DNA of 64,000 bases. Source: an uncultured archaeon. GTDB lineage: Archaea > Aenigmatarchaeota > Aenigmatarchaeia > GW2011-AR5. Both the position numbers and the translations under genes were made by a program. Positions 34,457-44,525 of the stretch are shown here, piece after piece. The stretch's first letter is position 1. Every line of letters begins with the position of its first letter. The notes under the pieces were generated by a model, which worked only from the letters and a program-made list of their open reading frames with translations, was not told the origin of the DNA and made no database searches. Where the stretch lies: NCBI GenBank assembly GCA_964373255.1, contig CAYJTG010000002.1, positions 30,481-94,480 on the forward strand, written 5' to 3'.

Positions 34457-34674
34457 AATTGCCAGTAGTTTCAGGTATGGAAACCATAAAAGCGCTTTCT
34501 AAAATTGGTTATTACGTACGCAATCAGAAAGGTAGTCATGTCCATCTTCGCCATCCAATCAGAAAACCTCTTACGGTTCCGATGCATTCAACAATAGCCA
34601 AAGGTACGCTTAAAGAAATAATCAAAAGTGCTGGCATTACTGAAGAAGAGTTCTTGGAACTTTTGAAAAAGTGA
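34453..34674 (+). CDS. hicA: HicA-family mRNA interferase toxin
   Basis: The stretch ..ETIKALSKIGYYVRNQKGSHVHLRHP...TVPMHS.IAKGTLKEIIKSAGI fits the YcfA/HicA pattern (GSH.h...p). Confidence 0.85.
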   Translation: MKLPVVSGMETIKALSKIGYYVRNQKGSHVHLRHPIRKPLTVPMHSTIAKGTLKEIIKSAGITEEEFLELLKK

Positions 34675-34681
34675 TTTAATC

Positions 34682-35656
34682 ATGCCAGGTTTTTTCCAGA
34701 CGTATTTCATCGACCCGATTTACTACGGCACCGGATATAACATCGTGAATACAGCTGTTTTTGCCGCAATACTGATCGTAGCTGCATTGCTCACGTACAA
34801 GTTGCTAAGAGCGCTGAAGATAAGGATCGACAAAAATTTCTTCTTCGGGATTATTCCATTCATAGCATTAGGCGGCATCCTGAGGAGCTGGGAAGACCTT
34901 TTAGAGTCTGCTGGCGCAACAAGTCTGCTCAATTCTTTGCTTGGAAATTTCGTTCTTGTCGATGCGACAGGCACAGCAAGAAATCTGCTTCTGGTATCAC
35001 CATTGATTTATGTCACCATGTTCTTTGTCGCATTAATTCCGTTATTAATAGCAAAGCTGGCTGAAAAATATTGGAAAATAGCTTATTGGAAATCATGGTT
35101 CACTATAGGAATAATATTAGATGCGATTGTCCTGTCGCAGCTAAGGTTCATCAATACATTTGGTTTCGTGGCGATGGTAGGAATAACGATTTTCTGGGTT
35201 GTTGCCATAATGGCCGTTAAGAAAATTTCAATATGGAAATCTACAAAATTAACAGAAGATAAAAATCCTGCTTTTGCTTCGTCTAAGATCAAGGCGAATT
35301 CTGATAAATCCAGGATTTCTCACTCACATTATTTAAAATTAAGAAATTTCTTCTCGAACGAAAACGTGTTTATCCTGGATGTGCATATGTTTGACGCCAC
35401 AACGACATTTGTATCGCTTTCTTACTTCAGTTACTTTGAGCAGCACGTTTTGCCGAGCTTCTTGATAGGCATTTTTGGACCTGGCATTATGTTTATACTC
35501 AAATTTGTTGTTGTTTCTATTGTCCTTTATTTCTTCGACAAGGAATTAAGCAAAGAAGAAGACCTAGAAAAGCGGACATTCCTCAAGATCGTTGTCCTGA
35601 TTTTAGGCATGGGACCTGGATTAAGGAACTTCTTGAGGCTGGCGATGGGGGTTTGA
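34682..35656 (+). CDS. Polytopic membrane protein (possibly DUF63 family)
   Basis: 324 aa with about 7 TM helices. The N-terminus FIDPIYYGTGYNIVNTAVFAAILIVA resembles archaeal DUF63 proteins. The family call is tentative. Confidence 0.6.
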   Translation: MPGFFQTYFIDPIYYGTGYNIVNTAVFAAILIVAALLTYKLLRALKIRIDKNFFFGIIPFIALGGILRSWEDLLESAGATSLLNSLLGNFVLVDATGTARNLLLVSPLIYVTMFFVALIPLLIAKLAEKYWKIAYWKSWFTIGIILDAIVLSQLRFINTFGFVAMVGITIFWVVAIMAVKKISIWKSTKLTEDKNPAFASSKIKANSDKSRISHSHYLKLRNFFSNENVFILDVHMFDATTTFVSLSYFSYFEQHVLPSFLIGIFGPGIMFILKFVVVSIVLYFFDKELSKEEDLEKRTFLKIVVLILGMGPGLRNFLRLAMGV

Positions 35657-35702
35657 TGATAATTGTCAAACTATTTAAACGTATGTAAATAATATTTAAC
35701 AC

Positions 35703-36206
35703 ATGTTAAAAATAATTAACGATTTACGCCCGTTCTTTGAGGACTGCTACAGGCGAATAAATGTAAGGGAATACGCAAAGATTGTGCGTATATCACCGCC
35801 GACTGCGTCTTCTATTTTAATGAGCTACAGGTCTGAAGACCTGCTTGTCATGGAAAGGTACAAAAACTATATGCTATTCTTTGCCAATAAAGACAGCAAG
35901 GACTTTATAGATCTGTCGAGGATGTACTGGAGACACAAATTAAACGAACTAATTCGGCTCATCGAGAAGAATTCCATTGATTCTACAATAATCCTGTTTG
36001 GCTCGCTTTCAAAAGCAGAAGTTAAAAATGATTCTGATGCAGACATAGCTATTATTGGCAAAAAGGGGGAGCTGGCTATAAAGCACATTGAAAAAAAGCT
36101 AAAAAGAAAAATACAGCTGTTCTGGTTTGATTCGATAAACAGTATAAAAAACAAGGATCTTGCAAAAAATGTCGTGAACGGTTATGTTTTGTCGGGAAGG
36201 CTATGA
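35703..36206 (+). CDS. Minimal nucleotidyltransferase with N-terminal wHTH (MNT-type antitoxin candidate)
   Basis: IILFGSLSKAEVKNDSDADIAIIG carries the GS...DxD polymerase-beta-type NTase motif. Confidence 0.7.
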   Translation: MLKIINDLRPFFEDCYRRINVREYAKIVRISPPTASSILMSYRSEDLLVMERYKNYMLFFANKDSKDFIDLSRMYWRHKLNELIRLIEKNSIDSTIILFGSLSKAEVKNDSDADIAIIGKKGELAIKHIEKKLKRKIQLFWFDSINSIKNKDLAKNVVNGYVLSGRL

Positions 36207-36631
36207 ATATGGACTGGAAAGAATGCTGCAATAAACAGCTGGTCAAAGACGTAAAGACCGACACAAATATGATAAAATCGCTTGTAAAATCAAGCGACAA
36301 CAAGCTTGAATCAGAAAAAATGCTTGCGATGAATGAAACAACGGCTGCATCCAAGCTTTCTCTTGCGTATGATTCGCTAAGGGAACTTTTGGAAGCTTTG
36401 GCACTCAAAAATGGCTACAAGATCTACAACCATGAATGCTATACGGCATTTCTTAAAGAGATTCTAAAAGAGAGCAACAAAGGAGATGAATTTGACGATA
36501 TCAGAAAAATAAGAAATGCTGTAAATTACTATGGAAAAGAAATATCGGCAAAAGAGACACAAAAAATTATAGACAGGATAAAGACACTAAGAAATTTCGT
36601 ATATAATTTGATTACTATAAATCGCTCATAA
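36203..36631 (+). CDS. HEPN-like protein, partner of the upstream nucleotidyltransferase
   Basis: It has a 4-nt ATGA overlap with the NTase gene, is all-helical, and contains ..IRKIRNAVNYYGKE.. in the position of the HEPN R-x4-6-H motif, but the His is not evident. Confidence 0.5.
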   Translation: MNMDWKECCNKQLVKDVKTDTNMIKSLVKSSDNKLESEKMLAMNETTAASKLSLAYDSLRELLEALALKNGYKIYNHECYTAFLKEILKESNKGDEFDDIRKIRNAVNYYGKEISAKETQKIIDRIKTLRNFVYNLITINRS

Positions 36632-36699
36632 GGAACTTTTTGAGGCTGGCGATGGGGGTTTAAAGTAATTGGAAGGGTTATCTGACAGTTTTTTATTTT

Positions 36700-39600
36700 T
36701 TACACGACCGTCGAAATACAGTCGGGATTTATATCGCTCACAAAACCTCTATGATAATAATCAAAATTAGTAATAATTGTATTTTCGCCTGCTATTCCAA
36801 GTCCTAATATATCGTTAGCTGTAACGTCGCTCATGTGCTGTGGAGTTAATTTGCTAGATATAGGCTTATAGCTCCAGTGCCAAGGTTCTGTTTTTACAAG
36901 CTTGTCCATATCGTAAGGCTGGCAGAAACCGTAATTTTTTGCATTTGTCTTCAGCCATTCGTAAACAGCTACCTGACACGCGTTCCCCACACATCCTTGC
37001 TGCCACTCAGCAGGATCCACAGAATTTATGTCTACCTCTGTTCCCCAGTGATGTCTTGATAATCCTGGAATAGCTGAATATTCTGCAACCTTGTTCACTT
37101 TTTCTTGTTCTGTGCCTTGTGCAGATGCGAATTTGCTGTTCCATATGCCCAACTGGTCAGTAAACGAACGGTAGCCTGATACTATTACAAAATCGAACCC
37201 TGCCTGTTTTGCAGCAGTTTTCATTGAGTCGAATGCCACCTGGACTTCTGGTTTAAGTCCTGTAAGTATCCCACGTCCCATCAAGTCGGGGTTCTTGGCT
37301 ATTACAGGTGGCAATCCACTATATATGCTGTCAATCAGCGTTCTAAACCTGCTTACGTCCTGTCCCTTAACGTTATCGACATAATTTTTATCGCCTACAG
37401 AGCAGTCGGTATTCCAGCCGTTGTAATACCTGTAAATAGCGTCCCAGCCGCTGTATGAAATGCTGAGACACGTATACAATTTTGCCGGATCGTTTGCGTA
37501 ATCTGTTTTTAGATTAAGGATGTAGTTCACGCCCAGGAATATGTTACAGTCCAAATCGTATGGAAGCTCGCCGTTGCAGCCGTTTGATGATGTGTCGTAC
37601 CACGAAGGATGCGCGACCTGGTTGAGCTGGAATACGCCATAGCCCTTTCCATCGGATGCGCCCAAAACATTGTCTTGGTTCGTGTTCCCGCAGTTAAGCG
37701 TTCCGTCTTTGCAGTGCCTCAGTCCTGATTCCTGAGCTGCTATTTTTAGTATGTTCTCCGCCTCGTTCTTGTCAAAGCCTGCTTCCTTGGCCTGCCTGAT
37801 TATTTTTTCTGCAATATCTCCTGAAAATCGCGTGAACGTTAGTGTTATTCTGTCTGCTGGCGCTGACTCGCATCTTTGTACAGGTATGCCGCGCTCATTC
37901 ACGGCATTTGCATTCCACTTACAAGTCAATTTGCATGCCGCATCTTCTCCTTCGCATGAATTTTCGTTCGGAAACATTGAACACGATCTTACGCCTTCTA
38001 GTCCGCACGAATGGCACACATTACCAACCAATCTCCGCGGTGTGTTCGTAGCTGATTCAAAGGGATCTAATGTTATCTCCCCAGAATACCAGCACTTATT
38101 AGAACCTTCTGAAAAACTATGACATTCATCTGCATCACAGATATTTGTACGACCATCGCCACATTTATTGCACACCTTCTCAAACGGGTCGTATAGAATG
38201 CCCAATCGCGGCGTCACGGGCACGTCCTTTGTCTGCTCCAAGCGGAAGATGTAGCGCGGGAGCTCGGCTGTGATGAAGCTCGACGTGACTGTATTTATTT
38301 CTGTATCGGGCTGGGTTGCGAATTCGCAGATAAAGCCATAGATGGAATTGAACTCGAACGGAAGGACCTCGACTGCGTTCTGGCCTTCCTGTGGCAGTAT
38401 CTCATAAGCAATGGTATCAAAGCCTTCTTTGTAGTACGGATTATTTGGTGCTGCGCGTACTGCCTGCTCGCCGCAGCGCAGGCTGTCGAGCACAGCAATT
38501 TCATGAGGAACACGAATTATGACCTTTGTGCCCCTTGGCAGGACAACCTTGCTTTTATCGCGCGTATTTGATATTGACACAAGCAGCAAAGCGCCCTGGC
38601 CTGTTTGCAACGGCTGCGGCCCGACATTCAGCGACAGCCGCGCAGGCGTGCCCTTGTCGACGGCAAGTACGGGCTTGAACACGGCCTGCCCTTCGCGGAA
38701 CAATCTTTGCAATTCCTGGCTGTTTATCACGCTTACCTGCAGCGAGGAATTTGTCGCGTATGCATAGCTCACGTTGAAGTTTATCTTTGCAAAGTTCGTC
38801 AATCCTCTCTGCTGAGGGAAAAACGATGCTGCCAAAGACTTCACGGTAATTATCTCGCCTGTGCCGCGCGGAAGGTTATCTTTTATATAGAATAACCTGC
38901 CGTTTTTTATGTCGCTGATAATCTTATCCCCAGCAATCCCGTATCTTTCTTTCAGCTCGTTCAGCCTTGCGTCATCCTCAATAGGCACTGGCGAAGTTAG
39001 TTGCACAGATCTTGAGTTACACCACTGGTTGGTGCAGTCGACAGAAACCAAAACGTCTTTTGCGTCCAGAATGCCGTCGTTCTTTATTATAGCCGCCAGC
39101 GCGAATTCCTGGCCGCTTGGCACAGACGGCGGCAGGGCCTCTAAGCTCGCTAATTCAATGCCTTTCGGAAAGTCCAATGGCCGTTCGGGCCTGACGTTGA
39201 CCAACTGCTGCCGTGCGTACCATTCTGTCGGGTTCGTAGCAAGCAGCCAGACGTCTGTTATGGCATTAGACGCGTATCTGTACGCCAGCTCGACAGGCGC
39301 CTTGACCTGGCCGACTGCCTGGTGGAAATATGCGCTGTACGGGCCGAACGCCAGGTAAGAAAGCAGAAGTATGATTATTCCGCCCTGTAGCACGATCTTC
39401 CATCCGCCGTGCTGGTAGAACTGGAAGAGCCCTATGAACCCAAGTATTGCCCACCAGATCCAGAAGCCGGTACTCCCCACGCCATTCATGCCTATGAATC
39501 CCCAATTCTCTGCGCCGAACGCCAGCAAGAAGAGGGCAGCACTGTACCCCATGATTGCTCCTGATGACAGATGTGTTACCCAGTCCAGTGGCTGGAATGA

Positions 39601-42114
39601 ATCTGAGAAATTGAGCAGGAACGTAAATCCAGCGCCTATAATGGGCATCATCCACAGGATCTGGACGTTGTAGCCCACAAACGTGAGCGTGAAGAAGAAC
39701 AAAAGAAGCGTGAACAGCGTTGTTATCGTCCACGGCCCGAATATGAACTGGAAGATGTTGTAAAGTATGTTCGTGCCGGCTGCTCCGCCTGTCTCCAGAG
39801 CGTTGGATGTTATACCAAGACCGCGCATGAATGCATGTCGCATTGTTCGGCCGCGCAGGACAAACTTCTGGGCTATATCGGTTGCATATCCATCTAATGC
39901 AGTTCCCAAGTCAACCTCGTCCGCAGAACCTATAGGCATGCGGTACCTGCGTGCAATACTGACCATTAGAGTTTTTGCCATGTTTTTGAGATAATTTTCA
40001 AGCTCTGCTGCGGCTGATTCTACTCGTTCTGTATAGTCTTTATCTAGAGAGTCACGTGCCTTAATAAAAAGTTCAAGATTTTGTCGTGCTGTGCTTAATG
40101 CATCCAGCATTGCCGGATCATTTCCTGAACTTGTGAGTTGTTCGATAAGAGTACTAGCACCATTTAATAGATCGTTATCTCCCCGTATCTGCCGTCGGCC
40201 AAGGCCTGTTGCTTGTCTGTTTTGTCTTATCATTCTTCTTAGATTTCGCCTAGCTGTTGTTGAGGCTTCTCTTAATTGCTCAGTTTGTTCTCTTCTTGTT
40301 TCGAACTCTGCATTAAGCGGATTAAATATGCTCGAATATTTTGCTCTTGCATATCTGTTCAACATTCTTTTGCCCCTGTTTATGGCTGCAAGCAGATATG
40401 GGTCGCGCTTTAATTCACGCCTTTCAACATCCGTAAGACCTCCTTTGATCCTTTCTCTAACACCTCGTGTCCCTACTGCCGCAGCAGCAGCTCCACGGAT
40501 TCCTCCCTGACTGAGAGGAGACCCTGTCTGATATCGAGCAGCCTGGCCTGGTCTGCGAGTCTTGTCAATACTGGCTTCCTTGTGGTAGAAAGCAACGAGC
40601 TTTACATTGCTTGCGAGATCTATTTCGAGTGTAGGATCCCAATGTGTAACGACATTGTTGCGCACAGATCTTACAAGTCTCTCTTCCTCTGGTTTTGTAG
40701 GATTGTGCATTCTTATGTCGTACATATTTCCAAGGTTTGGAGCTCCCTCGCCCGAATAAGTGATTTCCCAATGATGGAATTTGGCACCAGCAGCTTCTGT
40801 GTCAGCCTTGAAACGATATTTTTGAGGTCCTATATTTAGTGCAGTTCCAGGTAAGCTGAGATAGAAGATCGTGTATGTATTTCTCTCGACAATTTTGTCG
40901 TCAAGGCCCGCCGACTCTAAACCTATGCCGTAATAAGTGCCTCCAAATACTTCTCTGTACCGGGGCGTGAGCCTATCACCTTCTGCTTTTGTTGCCAGAT
41001 ATTGTGTTGTGCGCGCAAGGCTGAAAGGAACTGGACCTTCTGCATCCAAAGAGTCCGATCGCCATTTATCTAAAGTAATCCACTTGGGTTCTCCTCCGTA
41101 ATAAGTATCTAAAATAAGTTTCGTTAAATCTTCATCAGTTATTCCGACTCTTGACAATATTCCTAACAAAGCAACCTCAGCCGCAGCTCTATCTGGATAT
41201 GGACCACTGTTTGCGAATGCCGTAGCTCCTCGCATAGCATGTGATACGCTAGGATGATTTGTATCCACACCGAGGGCAGTCGCATAATTTTTTGGCTTTA
41301 AGGTGCCATGCATTCTGGTAGTGGTTTTTACTTCAACATTTACATGTACCTCTTGCATAGGAGCAGAATCTACCGTGACCATAAAACGAGGCCGTTGTGG
41401 TGGTGTAGGTGGTGGAGGCGGTGGGGGTTCTGGAAATCTTCTTTCTGGATATCGTATTGCAAGCGGATAGGGACCTCTTCTTGCTAGCGGATACTTGCCC
41501 TTTGTTCCTTCTGTTAATTGCTTTGGCGCTTCCCGTCTCTGGTACGGTTGCATATTAGCAGCTGTCACAGGGCCTGCCCGGGCTTCTGGCAGTCTTAATG
41601 GCTCTTGATGCGCTGGCAACAACGCTATGGGTTGCCGACCTGCTGTGAGACGTTTTGCTTCTTCGTGTGCAGGCAACATTAATGGTTCTTCCTGCCTCTG
41701 GTACGGCTCCATGTTAGCAGGTGTCATAGGGCCTGCCCGGGCTTCTGGCAGCTGCCTTGGCGCTCTTGCGTATCTTTGCTGCGCCAGATACTCGGAAGGC
41801 ACGATCATAATTTTTTTGTATGTTATCGGCTTGTCGCCCGCTTTTGTAGAATATAAAGCAGCATAATATTCGTCTTTTTCTTGGATAACTTTTACGCGAT
41901 CTATCGGGTATTTTGTATCGCGCTTGGGTTCGCCGAAAACGACGCCCTCGTCCTCTGTGCCTGGCTGACCGACCCTTACAGGCACGACCTTCATGTTCTT
42001 GCCAAGTATGCCCTTTTCTGGATTTAATTCTTCTGCTACCCGGAAGCCCATTTTAGCCAGGTGCTTAAGCAAAGTCAGGCTCTCTATGGCTGTTAATTCT
42101 TTATCGTCTGCCAT
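36700..42114 (-). CDS. Giant polytopic membrane protein with C-terminal lytic transglycosylase and M15 (VanY-like) peptidase domains
   Basis: The track ORF starts at GTG 42123 and the ATG is at 42114 (MADDKEL). See the sub-features for domain evidence. The order is a ~780-aa cytoplasmic region, a ~6-TM block, two beta-rich modules related to the lipobox paralogs, a Cys-rich region, SLT and then M15. Confidence 0.9.
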   Translation of the reverse strand: MADDKELTAIESLTLLKHLAKMGFRVAEELNPEKGILGKNMKVVPVRVGQPGTEDEGVVFGEPKRDTKYPIDRVKVIQEKDEYYAALYSTKAGDKPITYKKIMIVPSEYLAQQRYARAPRQLPEARAGPMTPANMEPYQRQEEPLMLPAHEEAKRLTAGRQPIALLPAHQEPLRLPEARAGPVTAANMQPYQRREAPKQLTEGTKGKYPLARRGPYPLAIRYPERRFPEPPPPPPPTPPQRPRFMVTVDSAPMQEVHVNVEVKTTTRMHGTLKPKNYATALGVDTNHPSVSHAMRGATAFANSGPYPDRAAAEVALLGILSRVGITDEDLTKLILDTYYGGEPKWITLDKWRSDSLDAEGPVPFSLARTTQYLATKAEGDRLTPRYREVFGGTYYGIGLESAGLDDKIVERNTYTIFYLSLPGTALNIGPQKYRFKADTEAAGAKFHHWEITYSGEGAPNLGNMYDIRMHNPTKPEEERLVRSVRNNVVTHWDPTLEIDLASNVKLVAFYHKEASIDKTRRPGQAARYQTGSPLSQGGIRGAAAAAVGTRGVRERIKGGLTDVERRELKRDPYLLAAINRGKRMLNRYARAKYSSIFNPLNAEFETRREQTEQLREASTTARRNLRRMIRQNRQATGLGRRQIRGDNDLLNGASTLIEQLTSSGNDPAMLDALSTARQNLELFIKARDSLDKDYTERVESAAAELENYLKNMAKTLMVSIARRYRMPIGSADEVDLGTALDGYATDIAQKFVLRGRTMRHAFMRGLGITSNALETGGAAGTNILYNIFQFIFGPWTITTLFTLLLFFFTLTFVGYNVQILWMMPIIGAGFTFLLNFSDSFQPLDWVTHLSSGAIMGYSAALFLLAFGAENWGFIGMNGVGSTGFWIWWAILGFIGLFQFYQHGGWKIVLQGGIIILLLSYLAFGPYSAYFHQAVGQVKAPVELAYRYASNAITDVWLLATNPTEWYARQQLVNVRPERPLDFPKGIELASLEALPPSVPSGQEFALAAIIKNDGILDAKDVLVSVDCTNQWCNSRSVQLTSPVPIEDDARLNELKERYGIAGDKIISDIKNGRLFYIKDNLPRGTGEIITVKSLAASFFPQQRGLTNFAKINFNVSYAYATNSSLQVSVINSQELQRLFREGQAVFKPVLAVDKGTPARLSLNVGPQPLQTGQGALLLVSISNTRDKSKVVLPRGTKVIIRVPHEIAVLDSLRCGEQAVRAAPNNPYYKEGFDTIAYEILPQEGQNAVEVLPFEFNSIYGFICEFATQPDTEINTVTSSFITAELPRYIFRLEQTKDVPVTPRLGILYDPFEKVCNKCGDGRTNICDADECHSFSEGSNKCWYSGEITLDPFESATNTPRRLVGNVCHSCGLEGVRSCSMFPNENSCEGEDAACKLTCKWNANAVNERGIPVQRCESAPADRITLTFTRFSGDIAEKIIRQAKEAGFDKNEAENILKIAAQESGLRHCKDGTLNCGNTNQDNVLGASDGKGYGVFQLNQVAHPSWYDTSSNGCNGELPYDLDCNIFLGVNYILNLKTDYANDPAKLYTCLSISYSGWDAIYRYYNGWNTDCSVGDKNYVDNVKGQDVSRFRTLIDSIYSGLPPVIAKNPDLMGRGILTGLKPEVQVAFDSMKTAAKQAGFDFVIVSGYRSFTDQLGIWNSKFASAQGTEQEKVNKVAEYSAIPGLSRHHWGTEVDINSVDPAEWQQGCVGNACQVAVYEWLKTNAKNYGFCQPYDMDKLVKTEPWHWSYKPISSKLTPQHMSDVTANDILGLGIAGENTIITNFDYYHRGFVSDINPDCISTVV
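36859..37281 (-). other. M15/VanY-type (LAS) zinc peptidase domain
   Basis: IVSGYRSFTDQ is followed by SRHHWGTEVD (the S-x-H-x-x-G-x-x-x-D zinc motif at 37030-37059) and then EPWHW (E-x-x-H). YGFCQPY lies between them. All three metal ligands are present. Confidence 0.85.
37399..37821 (-). other. Family-1 lytic transglycosylase (SLT) domain
   Basis: IAAQESGLRH (catalytic E-S, nt 37713-37740), GYGVFQLN (GLMQ-equivalent) and RYYNGWN (AYNAG-equivalent) occur in the canonical order and spacing. Confidence 0.8.
39319..39771 (-). other. Hydrophobic block of about six TM helices
   Basis: ILYNIFQFIFGPWTITTLFTLLLFFFTLTFVGY...IILLLSYLAFGPYSAYF. Confidence 0.8.
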
Positions 42115-42255
42115 TATTCTCACGACTAGACAAATCTAGCTACATCTATAATCAGCCAGATTCTCTGTAAACCTATTGTAATGGGCGAAATATAAAGTTT
42201 AGAGAAGAAAATCGTTTTAGAAACAGCGCTTATGAATATACTATTACTTTTTGAT

Positions 42256-43662
42256 TTATAATTCTCTTTGTCGGAAAAGCCCTTTTGAGCCGCAGAAAAT
42301 CAGGCCTTTTACGTCATCGCCATATTCTCCTTTGTCTATGGCGTCCTGTACGCGGTCTGCTGCCCTTAAGTAAGGCAGGGGCGTTTCATGTTGCTTGAGA
42401 AATGCTACACTACGCTCGTAGAAACCAAGGATTTCTTGCAGCCTAGGGTAATCAACCCGTTCCAATAAGTCGAAAGTTTTGTTGACAGCCTGCGCATATT
42501 TGGAGACTATTTCAGCAAACTTTCCTTTCTGTTGATGTATTTCAGGGTTTTTATCGAGCTCAAAAAATACAGTCCTTAAAAATGCAGTTTCGTAATTTAT
42601 TGAATTAATGTAATTATACTGGATATTTTTTTCTGAAAGTGGAAGCCCGTCAAATGCGTCTGAAAAAAGCTTGGACATGTCCTGTATGACATCTGAAGAA
42701 TTGAAATCAATGTCGTATTTTGAATGGTCCGCAGGCTGCTCTTCGCGTTTAATTGTTGTTGACTCGGTTACTTTGGGTTGTTCAGGTGTCTGGATTTGTT
42801 TTTCATTGGTATTTGCAACATAATCTTTATCCTCAGGAAGTTGTTTTGCTGCATCTGGAATAGTTAATCCACCATATTTTTGTTCACTTCTAGATGTTTC
42901 ACTAAGAACACCTTGAATGATCTTCTTTACTTTTTCTGGAATATTTCCTATATAATTAATTTGTTCTTCTGAATCTTGTGTTTCGTTTCCTTTTGTGATT
43001 TTTTCCTCTGCAGCCTTTTTCCCAATCAGCTTTTCAAAATCAACATTAAGGTCGCTTTCAGAAATGCTTAGAACGTAATCATTGCTTGCAAGTATTTCTG
43101 CGTGGCGCTTCAGCCTTTCGTCTTCGTTTCCAATGACCTGATTTGCGTATTTCTTGACATTTTCAATATAATCTTTCATCTGATTTTTCTTTATCGCTGC
43201 TGTGTTTTCCGACTTGCATATTGCCGCCATGAACGCCTCTTCGACGCCCATTTCTTCGGCAAGTATATTGTAAGCTTCCATCATTTCGTCGTAATCGACA
43301 TTATAGGATTTTTTGTAATTTTCTTTTATTTCAGCATCAGCCTTTGCGTTTTTTACAAATCCTGCGAAATTTATTTCTGCTTCTGAAGGATTAGTGAAGT
43401 AGGGCTTTGCGTTTTTTGTTATTTCTATGACAGGGCTTTGAAAAACACGGGCTTTCCCTGTAACTCCGGGGATTTCCTTGTCGTTTCTTATAATAACGCC
43501 ATAATGAAAGTTGCCATGGTAATCGACAAGCATGCCAAGAGATTCGAGAATTTTTGATTCATCCACTGTGATAGAATTTTTATAGTCGGGATTAAACAGA
43601 TGCATGCCTCTTATTCCGCGCTTTTCTTCTTTCTCTACTTTTGTATCTGTTGCTTCTGTCAT
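42256..43662 (-). CDS. Hypothetical cytoplasmic protein (468 aa), upstream neighbour of the giant gene
   Basis: ATG start, acidic and Lys-rich, with no TM helix or recognisable motif. Confidence 0.6.
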   Translation of the reverse strand: MTEATDTKVEKEEKRGIRGMHLFNPDYKNSITVDESKILESLGMLVDYHGNFHYGVIIRNDKEIPGVTGKARVFQSPVIEITKNAKPYFTNPSEAEINFAGFVKNAKADAEIKENYKKSYNVDYDEMMEAYNILAEEMGVEEAFMAAICKSENTAAIKKNQMKDYIENVKKYANQVIGNEDERLKRHAEILASNDYVLSISESDLNVDFEKLIGKKAAEEKITKGNETQDSEEQINYIGNIPEKVKKIIQGVLSETSRSEQKYGGLTIPDAAKQLPEDKDYVANTNEKQIQTPEQPKVTESTTIKREEQPADHSKYDIDFNSSDVIQDMSKLFSDAFDGLPLSEKNIQYNYINSINYETAFLRTVFFELDKNPEIHQQKGKFAEIVSKYAQAVNKTFDLLERVDYPRLQEILGFYERSVAFLKQHETPLPYLRAADRVQDAIDKGEYGDDVKGLIFCGSKGLFRQREL

Positions 43663-43719
43663 AAACGATCACGTTCAAAATATAAAAAGAATTTAAATTG
43701 CCAAAACATGCGCTTGGAT

Positions 43720-44091
43720 TTATCTGTAATACCGCATCGGCAGGGATTTTTTTACTCTTTGCACGGCAGCTGCTACTTCTTTGCCATCTTCTGTATCTTT
43801 TGCTCCTTCATAAATGTAGCCTCTTGGCTTGCCCCAGCATATGTCGAATAATCCAAATCTCCACACAGGTCCTGCAAGAGGCGCAACCTTGCCTATGTAC
43901 ACGTCACGATTGGTGTTTTGGTAGTTGCGCGGATTATCTACCTGATCTTGCCGAACGTTTTTGTTAAGTGTGTAATTACGATCACTGAATATATGCCAGA
44001 CGCGGTTGCCACTTGAGTCTTCTGTTCGAGCTAAATCAAATCCTGCCCTTCTGAGAGCTCTTAACATTTTGTGTGTATCTCCAATAGCCAT
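43720..44091 (-). CDS. Hypothetical protein (123 aa)
   Basis: ATG start. The N-terminus KMLRALRRAGFDLA weakly echoes LLKHLAKMGFRVA at the N-terminus of the giant protein. Confidence 0.5.
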   Translation of the reverse strand: MAIGDTHKMLRALRRAGFDLARTEDSSGNRVWHIFSDRNYTLNKNVRQDQVDNPRNYQNTNRDVYIGKVAPLAGPVWRFGLFDICWGKPRGYIYEGAKDTEDGKEVAAAVQRVKKSLPMRYYR

Positions 44092-44155
44092 AATTCATCA
44101 CTATTCAGTAACTTTATATTTATAAGTATTTAAAGATTTCGCCACTTAAAAGTAG

Positions 44156-44446
44156 TTAAATATACCTATACAGGCTTTGGCTGTACACCGCCCGCTTTTT
44201 CTCATTCAGTATTCTCATCTCTATGCTGTCGTCGGTGATGCGCCTTGTTGCCATGTACGTCGCTATCAGATTGATTGGCAACAGGGCCGTGAGCAAGATG
44301 AGTTCGACGTCTGCTTCGCCGTAGCTGTTTATATCGATACGAACGGCCTTTGCAGGCGACCAGTAGGCTGTGATAAATGTTATGTAAAGGACTAGAAAGA
44401 CGGCGAACATCGATAATATTCCTAATACGGCTGCTGATGTTTTCAT
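44156..44446 (-). CDS. Two-TM membrane protein (96 aa)
   Basis: ATG start. Helices AAVLGILSMFAVFLVLYITFITAYW and LILLTALLPINLIATYM. Confidence 0.5.
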   Translation of the reverse strand: MKTSAAVLGILSMFAVFLVLYITFITAYWSPAKAVRIDINSYGEADVELILLTALLPINLIATYMATRRITDDSIEMRILNEKKRAVYSQSLYRYI

Positions 44447-44525
44447 GCATTACCACACCACAAAAATGAAATTAATCTGAATATAATGGAATCGTAACTT
44501 GTGAATATTTTTCGTGTATCTGTTT

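Noticed and set aside
43720-44091. Possible HicA-like fold or shared N-terminal domain between the 123-aa protein and the giant protein (KMLRALRRAGFDLA versus LLKHLAKMGFRVA)
   Set aside because: The similarity covers only about 13 residues of an amphipathic helix plus G-F. That is too short to claim homology by eye. It is mentioned in the feature evidence only.
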